A DNA stretch of 64,000 nt. It comes from Felis catus (taxonomy: Eukaryota). This document shows positions 55,199 to 64,000 of the stretch, piece after piece. The notes under the pieces were generated by a model. The model was not told where the DNA came from. It saw only the letters and a program-made list of their open reading frames with translations, and did not search any database. Position 1 is the first letter of the stretch, and each line of letters begins with the position of its first letter. The stretch spans positions 7,938,001 through 8,002,000 of the forward strand of contig NC_058383.1 in assembly GCF_018350175.1 (NCBI RefSeq). The letters are read 5' to 3'. A program made the translations under genes and the position numbers.

Positions 55199-57178
55199 TT
55201 AAAGAGAATTTGATTTTTTTAAATTCTATTCCCAACATGGGACTCAAACTCACAACCCTGAGATCAAGAGTTGCATACACTATGGACTGAGCCAGACAGG
55301 CAAACCAGAAAAGCACCATGTTTTGGAGCCAAAGAAATTAGCTCAGATCGTGCATTCCAGGGCCTCTCATACATCCTTGATTTCTCCTTTCCTCCCATAG
55401 CTAAGCCTTTCCTTCTCTGGGAGAGATCAAGACAGAAGGAATGGCACAAACTTCTTTGTTCATCTTGGGAGCCCTGGGTTTGGGAATAAACACAGCATCC
55501 CAGTCTCCCTCCTTGTCCTTCTCTGGGTCTTTCCAGTTCACTTCCAGTCACTCAAAGACACTGGGGGTTGGGCAAGTGTGAAATGAGGCTGGAAGTTGGA
55601 TGCCCATTCCCTGATGATAAATTAAGACTAATGCTACTATCTTGTCCTCAAAATGTGTGGCAATAATTTTCCAAGGCACCCTCTAAAACTCAGCTCTCTT
55701 ACAGGCAGATTATAGTATAGCTTTTGGAAAAGAGTAAGGGTCTTGGCATCTAGAACCCCAGCGATTTTACTGGATTGGGAGGACGTGACAGTTGTGTTTT
55801 GTTGCTCAGGGTGGTGTGACTCTGTAGATAGAGTTTAGATTACACCCCCAGGTCGGGCAGGCCTGATTCATCTGTGATGATACAGCAGGTGGGGGAGCTG
55901 GTGCTTTCCTAAGTCAGGCTGTCTGACAAGAGGCAGGGCTCACAAGGGAGCCAGGCAGCTAAGGAAATTTACTGCGTGTTGTAGCCAGGGAAAGTGGAAT
56001 TGGACCTGGGTGATAATCAGCCTGATTAGCTTGGTTGCCTCCTGGAGAGAGCCAAGGGCAGGAGGTACAGGGCGGGGGGGAGGGCAGGACAGGTCAGCCA
56101 GCTTTAAGGTGGAAGCCCAGAGGCTGGGGTTTGTTCAGGTCAAGAACAATAATCGGGGCCCAGAGAAGTCTATAGAGCAGCAAACCCAGAGAAAATGAGC
56201 CCAATCATCAGTATTAAATGAAAAAGGCGACAACAGACCCAAAATGGAGTCACTTGCGCTAATTTCACATCAGCAAACTGAGACTTAATATCTAATCTAA
56301 TTGCAGTTTCAGCTTCTTCCAGGAATACAACCTTTAACCAGTCCATCTGGAAGAGCCTGGTCGGCACCAGTGAGGTCATCTGCCTGATAGACCCCAGCCC
56401 TTCCCCCAACAGAGGGTGACCTTGCTGAAACAATACACTCTTTGTTAGAAACTTCCTTTTTTCTGCCCCCTTCTGCCTAGAATAGCCTTCCATTTCGTAC
56501 AGCTCCTCAGAGCTTCTTTCTGCTTGCTAGATGGGATGATGCCTGGTTCATGAGTTGTTGGATAAAGCCAGTTAGATCCTTAAATCTATTCAGTTGAATT
56601 TTGTTATTTATCAGATTTAGTGGGAGAAATGGGATCTGCAGTGAACTTCTGATGGCTCGGGCACGATGAGAAACACAGGCATGGTACCCATGAGCCCTCT
56701 GAGTTCTCTGTTTTGGTCATCATTTCTGAGGGCTGGGCTAAGTTCCTCTCAGCTCTGAGCCCCACTCTCTTTGCATTGGGCTCCTGAACGGATCTGCTCT
56801 CCAGTAAGCTCCTGGTTGGGAGCTGCTGGTAATTTAGTTGCAATTCCCTACTTTGAGTGGAAAACAGCCCTTTGTTCTGTCCCCAGTTTCCACACTGGGA
56901 ACTGCTGGTAGCAGCTGCAGTATTGCCTATTTGTTTGGAATCAGTCCTTAGTCCCCATTCTTTGGGGTCTCTTGGTTCAGTCCTTTCCTCAGCTCCAAGT
57001 TCCACACTGGGAAATGCAGCACTGGGAATCCACACAGGACCTTCTCTTGGCCAGGATGCAGTAGCATGTCTTGGTTACTGGACATATTAAGGTGTACGTG
57101 TTTGATTATCTTGTTTTGTATAGATAAAGTATTGATAATGGGAACCTTAGAAGCAGCAGCAAAATTGGTGGGCACTGG

Positions 57179-58555
57179 GTGGCACCTGGGTGGCTTGGTT
57201 GGTTGAGCAACTGACTGGCTCTTGACCTCGGCTAGGGTCATGATCTCACGTGGGTTCGGGCCACGTGTCAGGATCTGTGCTGGCAGTGTGAAGCCTGCTT
57301 GGGATTCTCCCTCTCTCTCTGGCCCTCCTCCGCTCTTATGCTCTGTCTCTCTCTCCAAATAAATAAATAAATAAATACAATAAAAATTAAAAACCTAAAA
57401 AAAATTGGTAGGCACTGGTAGAGCATTTAACAGCTATTTGCGTGCTCACCACCTAACCCAAAGACTCTGTTAGGATAAGTTGGTCATGGAACAGGTCATA
57501 GAACTCAACCAACCTCAAAAAAGTTTCTGTGTAATGAGGTACACTGTAAAACACCACACAATCCCTAACCCAGTGACACATCCCTTTTAGGTATTAGTTT
57601 GGCTCCAAGAGACCCAAAGGCTTAGCCTACATAAGTAAATAGGGGCACCTGGGTGGCTCAGTCTGTTAAGCATCCGACTTTGGCTCAGGTCATGATCTCA
57701 CAGCTCATGAGTTTGAGCCCTGCGATGGGCTCTGTGCTGACAGCTCAGAGCCTGGAGCCTGCTTCCGATTCTGTGTCTCCCTCTCTCCCCTACTTGTGCT
57801 CTGTCTCTCAAAAATAAATAAATTAAAAAAAATTATAAGTAGGGGCGCCTGGGTGGCGCAGTCGGTTAAGCGTCCGACTTCAGCCAGGTCACGATCTCGC
57901 GCTCCGTGAGTTGGAGCCCCGCGTCAGGCTCTGGGCTGATGGCTCAGAGCCTGGAGCCTGTTTCCGATTCTGTGTCTCCCTCTCTCTCTGCCCCTCCCCC
58001 GTTCATGCTCTGTCTCTCTCGGTCCCAAAAATAAATAAACGTTGAAAAAAAAATTAAAAAAATTATAAGTAAATAATTAAGTAAATAATCCCAAAATTCC
58101 AAAGATGAGCACACTACCTTTGGCACATCTGCTTATTTTTTTTGTCTAAGAACTGTGTTCTGGAAGCTATAAATATCTACATAACTGTCAAAATCTAACA
58201 AAAGTTAACCTAGAATTATAACGGCCATTATGGGGAACGTTCCAGTTGGACAAGATCATTCATTTAAGAAGTGCACTTGAAAGCAAGGATTCCCAAGTTC
58301 AACAAACAGAATGGGATACCTGTTATTATTTTTTATTTTATTATTTAAAAAATTTTTTAATGTTTATTTATTTTTGAGAGAGACACAGAGCACGAGTAGG
58401 AGAGGGGCAGACAGAGAGGGAGACACAGAATCTGAATCAGGCTTCAGGCTCTGAGCTGTCAGCAGAGCCGAACGCAAGGCTCAAACCCATCAACCTTGAT
58501 ATCATGACCTGAGCCAAAGTCAGATGCTTAACCAACTGAGCCACCCAGGTGCCCC
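57179..58555. mobile_element. Four CanSINEs inserted in the ERV (57179-57400 +, 57642-57830 +, 57842-58060 + young SINEC_Fc-type, 58325-58555 -)
   Basis: TSDs aaaattggt(g/a)ggcactgg, aaaaaaattataagta and gatacct. Confidence 0.85.
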
Positions 58556-60042
58556 AAGATACCTATTTTAATTGGCACACAGAAACTTCCAAAAGCTTTC
58601 AAGATTCCAAAAATGCTTTATTTAAACAATCCATTGCAAAGGCTAATGAAAAATTAAAGACACAAGGATACCTAAAACAATAGATGATAAAACTAATGTG
58701 ACTCCTTTATCCTTATTTACCCGAGTACTCACAAATATACTAATCCTCTATTTTGAACCACCTTCCCACTCTGAAAAGACTATTCACCAGTTACCTTATA
58801 AAATAAAACCACTGAAGTTGCAGAAGGCCCTCCTTAGATATCTTTCTCTTCCCGGTCAAAGACCAAATTAATGGCCACAGTTAAAGAACTTCCTAAACCC
58901 AGAGAAGATGCCCAAAAGTTTTCTGAAAAATGTAGTCTTTATCGGGGCCTATGACCCTGGGCTGCCAGATCTTTACCAGCTTGTGCACCTGCTGGTGGGA
59001 CCTAGCGAGGAATGCAAGGAAGCAGCATGGTATAACCCTGAGGATGGATGGTATCCAAGATCATCAACCTTCACCACAGTCAACCCATGAATCGAAACCT
59101 GCCTGCACTGATTGGTGTATTATTCAAACATGCAAACAAAAGAAAGATGAATCTGTGGCAAAAGTGAAAGCCCATGTGGAAACTCTCTTCCTATGGCATC
59201 CCAGGTTCCGTGCAATAAATGAGGTCACCCATCCTGCTTTAGTTGCTCTTTTTGTACACTGATTATCTTCTGAGATTAGTGGATTGATAAAAAGGCAGAA
59301 AATAGAACGGAAAATCACCAGTATGACTAAACCTGTGACCCTAGAGGAGCAATTTGAAAGGACTTTGGAACAAGATTGCAAGCAAATATCTGCCAAGCTA
59401 TTGGCCTTAGAGCTACAACAGCTCCAAGTCCAAGCACCTAAAATACCTCCTGAGTGCTCCATATCACACCCTCCTCAGGGTCCACCATCAAAACAGTGGC
59501 CCAGGGGTCAATATTTCATTTGTAACCAACTGGGACACTGGGAAAAAAAAATGTGTCCTCAAAGACCCTATGCAAATTTTTCAACGATGACTTGACTCTC
59601 CTATCTTTGTGGTCAGAAGCTGATAATGAGAACCTGATAGGAAGTTATTTTTAGACCTTCTCACCTAAGCTAAAATAAAACTGTGTACCCAGAAGGAAAG
59701 AAAAACCTTCTGAAGACCTTGTAAAAAGATTTATGGGTGGATCAACCCAATTTCTTGAAGAATTAAAATCAATTGTCCTTAACTTACAAATCTTTATAAA
59801 ACCAAAAGTGGCTCCAGAAAGAATTCAAAGTCCACTTACTCTTTCTCCAATTCCCAAACCTCCTCTATTTACCTCAAAAGTATTTTTGTATTTTGTATTG
59901 TGAAAATTTTGCCCTTAGGAAACAAAAAAGTTCTTCTCAGGGAAACTAGCATTCATTCTTTGTGTCTTTGAAATGTAAATGTCCTCCTTGATCCCCCACA
60001 GGAACACTAACTTTGGCCATTTCTTTAAGATACCAACGCCTT

Positions 60043-62970
60043 AGGGCTCCTGAGTGGCTCAGTTGGTTTGACTTTGGCTCAGGTCATGATCTCACAGTTT
60101 TTGAGTCCAAGCCCCATGTCGGGTGCTTCTTTCTCTGTCTCTCAAAAAAAAAAAAAAAAAAAAAGAAAAAAGAAAAAGAAAAAAAGAAAAGAAAAGAAAA
60201 GCTTCCTGGTGGAAATTCTTATTTGAAAAGGTGGGGGGAGGGGTACTTTAGAATTTAGGCAAATGAAAAATCTTATGTCTTCTCCATAAACATCAATAAA
60301 AAGCTTTAGCCATTTGAGAAGCTAACCTTAAATTATTCCATCAGCCAGGAACATAATTTAGATCCAACCCCTTTTATGACTACCCTCATTCGTGGCTACA
60401 ATTTTAAAATAAAAGCTGTAATTCCTCTGTATCTGCCTGCATGTTTATGTGTGACTATATACGTACTGTCTATGTGTGGCATTTGTTACCTCTGGATAGT
60501 ATTACTAAAATTAACTTATAAAAGAGCTTTATTTAATTGTCCTGAAGAGAACTGATCACTTGTATAGATTAAGAATTCCTGTATCTCTCAGAAATATAAT
60601 AGAAATTAATCCAAATGTTCAAGTTTATGTGATCTGAAATAATCTTTGGTAAATAAAAGGTAGTTCAAGTTTGTTGGATTAATTAAAATAGGTATGTCTT
60701 CAGAATTACCAACATTAAACATAATGCAGATGTACAACTTTATTCTTCTTGGGTTTTTCAGTCAAGTAAGTTCACATTATCTCATTTACAAAATTTGTCA
60801 GGTAGAAAAATAGCTTGGGATGATGGCTGGCTTTGTCTCATGTCTTGTGAAGTTTTTGTGGGTAATCTAAATGTAATTATTGAGAACACGTGAATTAAAT
60901 AGATGTAAGTGAGATAAAAGGTTTTAGGCAAACATTTTTTTTAATTAAAAATTTTTTCTTTAATTTTTAGAGAGAGAGTGCCAGCGGGGTAGAGGGGGAG
61001 AGAGAGAGAGAGAGACGGAGAGAGGGAATCTCAAGCAGGCTCCACACTCGGTGCAGAGCCTGACTCGAGGCTCCATCTCATGATCTGAACAGATATCAAG
61101 AGGTTGGATGCTCAACCGACTGAGACACCCAGGCTCCTCTAGGTGAATTTTGTTTTTTAATTAATTAATGTGTTTTTTGAGAAAGAGAGCAAGCAAGCTG
61201 GGGAGGGGCAGAGAGAGAAGGAGAGAGAGAGAGAATGCCAAGCAGGCTCTGTGATGTCAGCACATGTGGGACTCAATCTCACCAACTGTGAGATCATGAC
61301 CTGAGCTAAAATCAAGAGCTAGTCACTTAACTGACTGAACCACCCAGGTGCCTCCCCCCCCACCCCCGGATGAATTTTTTAAATAGTTTCCCCAAATCTT
61401 TTTGGTAACCTAAAACTTTAAAGTTTTGCTAAGTTAAATTAAATGATAGATAGTCATTAAATATCTAGATCATTTCTAAATAAGATAAAATACTGAAACA
61501 TTAATTACTGGTTTATCCACTTTGGGCTTCTTTTTATAGAAAACTAAAGGTTATTTGTGCTTATTAGCAAACATGTTTTGTGACACACTGGAAACTTTTA
61601 CTATGAGAAAGCATTGCACTTTTGGAAATTATAAAAAGTATTTATAAGTCTACCAATCCACAGAATGCTAGTGTAAGAGACAGTCCACATTTGTTTACTT
61701 CTTAATTTTCACTAGAAATTAAGGTTTTTAAGTGTTAAGAATTCTCATATATGTAATTGTAGCAACTAGAAATAATAAGGGAAAAAATCTCCATATGCAA
61801 GGAAAGTAGGCTGTGTGTTTTCAGTAAGAAAAGATATGAGGGATGGAGATGGATTTTTGTTGAGGGAAAAGGAAGTAATCTTGTCCTACAGTGAGGCTCA
61901 TTGTTTCAGAAGGAGAAAGAGGAAAAACAGGACAAAATCTGAATGTGAAAGAAAACAATCATAGAAAGTTTCTGGAAAGCAATCTTGGAAAAGGAATTTT
62001 ATGCATGGTCAAGATGACTAAGATTGGGATAAATATATTTCAGTAAAAAAATGATGACTTTTAATATCAAAAGTACACTGGTACAAAATAAGAATTGGTT
62101 TCTTGTTAAAAAAACAACAACAAAATTTTCTTGGACTTTTGGTCTGCTTTTGGCAACAGGTTATGAAGTTTCTTTACCTTTTAAGTAATCTGCACAGAAA
62201 GCAAAAATTTTGTGTCTTGCCAAAACAATTTACTGTGCTTCATGGCATCCTTTATCATGGCATCTTTGATTACTTAAGAAAACAGTCTTCTCGGGGTGCC
62301 TGGGTGGCTCAGTCGGTTGAGCGCCGGACTTCAGCTCAGGTCATGATCTCATGGTCCGTGAGCTCGAGCCCCGCGTCGGGCTCTGTGCTGACAGCTCAGA
62401 GCCTGGAGCCTGCTTCAGATTCTGTGTCTCTCTCTCTCTCTGCCCCTCCCCTGCTCATACTGTCTCTCTCTGTCTCTGAAACATAAATAAACATTAAAAA
62501 AAAAAGAAAAAGAAAAAGAAAACAGTCTTCTCTATTAAAAGAGCTAAGTTTTTTTTTTTTTTAACAACTATTTAACTGTATTTGACTATAAGGTCTTCAA
62601 CTGCCACTATGGTTAAAATAGGTAAGTACTGGTTCACAGTGACCTGTGAACCTATTTGACCAAGTGTTTTTAAATATTTTTGTATTTTTGACAAACTTCT
62701 CAAAATCAAATTCTAAATGAAGTATTTTTGACCTCGTGAACTTTGGGATTTTTTTATTTGAGAGAGAGAGAGCAAGAGTGCAAGTGGGTGAGGGGGCAGA
62801 AGGGAGAGAGAAAGGGAGAGAGAGGGAGGGAGAGAGAGAATCTCAAGCAGGCTCCACATTCAGCATGGAGCCAAACACTCAGGGCTTGATCCCATGATCC
62901 TGGGATCATGACCTGAGCAGAAATCAAGAGTCAGATACTCAAATAACTGAGCCACCCAGGCACCCCAACT
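60043..62970. mobile_element. Further CanSINEs in the ERV internal region (60043-60200 +, 60935-61352 two -, 62293-62520 +, 62750-62967 -)
   Basis: SINEC motifs; TSDs aagaaaacagtcttctc and aactttgggattttt. Confidence 0.8.
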
Positions 62971-64000
62971 TTGGGATTTTTTAAGAGGCGTCCTGGAACA
63001 TCTCTAAATATTTGTTTTCTCTCCTTATAGAAAGAGATGTTAAACTAGTAAGATATATGTGGTATGCTAAATTGTATGGGAAGCATTGTCAAATAAGAAG
63101 TAAAACTAAGCCTTCCTTATGGTGAAGATATGTACATGAAATTCCTAAAGTCTGATATGTCCCGGTATAATGTTATCACCATAATTCCAGTTATCATTTA
63201 AAAATGTTGGATGCCACAAAAGTTTCCTTGTCAGTTCCACTATAAAGAACTCTCAACAGATCTTTAATAGCGGGCATTTTTTGTCTGTTGTCATTTACAC
63301 ATAGTTATTGCTTTACTCAGGTGCTTTTGCAATAATGTTCCTCCCAAAGTGCGTCATGAATCAAGGAGATTCATAGCGAGGACTTTGGCAAGTACAGGTT
63401 TTATAACTTTAAGATCATAAAAATGAACTGGATAAGAATTTCTTTAACTACTAGAAAAACTGGATTCAAGCAGAACAGGGATTAATCGCATGGAAGTGGA
63501 TGAACCAAGCAGGATGATTGTAATTCTTTATGACTTTTTGTTTGAAACATTGCTGGTTCTTTAATGTTTTATTTTCCAAGATTTAAGAAACCTTTTCTCA
63601 AGCTATGTATGACCTACAGCAATCTGGTAAAGTATACCCTTATGACAAAGATGAAACATTTACTTTCTCTCCCTGCCCAATTCCTTCAGAATTTAGAAAC
63701 TTTTGCATATTCTTTTCACAGCAATATAACTGGTTATTTGCAGAAGTTCAATAAGAATTTGCTCTTCTTGAAACTGGACACAATTGGAAACAATGGCTAT
63801 ATTACCTAGGCTTTGATTGGAATGTGTTATTGGAGAGAGATGTGTATAGACTCAGATATGACCAGACAGCTTTCAGGAACTGCTTGGAAAGTTAGCCTAG
63901 TACCTTGTTTATAGCGTTCCCAGCAGCCTTACTAGGTGGATAAGGAAGGTCACTCCCTGGCAGGCCCACAAATATCTCAGGATATTTAGGGGGACCTCAA

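Larger units (their letters stand above)
56212..64000 (+). mobile_element. Degenerate ERV1-class provirus: 5' LTR 56212-56613, PBS about 56618-56635, gag remnants about 58085-59595, AT-rich internal region running off the window
   Basis: The LTR ends in CA. The PBS tagtgggagaaatgggat matches the tRNA-Leu-type PBS TGGTGTCAGAAGTGGGAT at 14/18. Gag-like peptides: RPLWGTFQLDKIIHLRSALE, AYDPGLPDLYQLVHLLVG, IIQTCKQKKDESV (MHR-like), YFICNQLGHWEKKMCP (decayed zinc knuckle). Confidence 0.75.

Overview
Mammalian genomic DNA, almost certainly from a felid (many CanSINE/SINEC_Fc-type tRNA-derived SINEs). It is the membrane-mucin cluster syntenic to human 7q22, with two + strand genes. (1) The 3' part of a MUC12 ortholog: the end of the giant PTS exon plus 10 small exons (EGF-SEA-EGF-TM-cytoplasmic tail), stop at 12841. 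(2) A complete 13-exon MUC17 ortholog (ATG 14087, stop 50135, 4938 aa by my exon sum). Its 13.5-kb PTS exon is built from 57-nt monomers in 228/285-nt higher-order units and contains a near-perfect 2622-nt duplication. MUC17 intron 1 holds a decayed DYNLT3 processed pseudogene. After about 54.6 kb there is a probable solo ERV1-type LTR and an old ERV1 provirus (LTR, degenerate PBS, gag remnants), plus SINEs, L1, MLT1 and MER58 fragments. I see no evidence of a wholly new biological system. The most notable observations are a fossil EGF module with a competing 'poison' splice acceptor in MUC12, apparent loss of the MUC12 PDZ-binding tail, the hierarchical MUC17 repeat, and possible intronic poly(A) sites after the EGF exon in both mucins. 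Exon boundaries were read by eye from GT/AG sites and phase continuity. Comparisons with human and rodent proteins are from recall, not from a search. Repeat boundaries are approximate.
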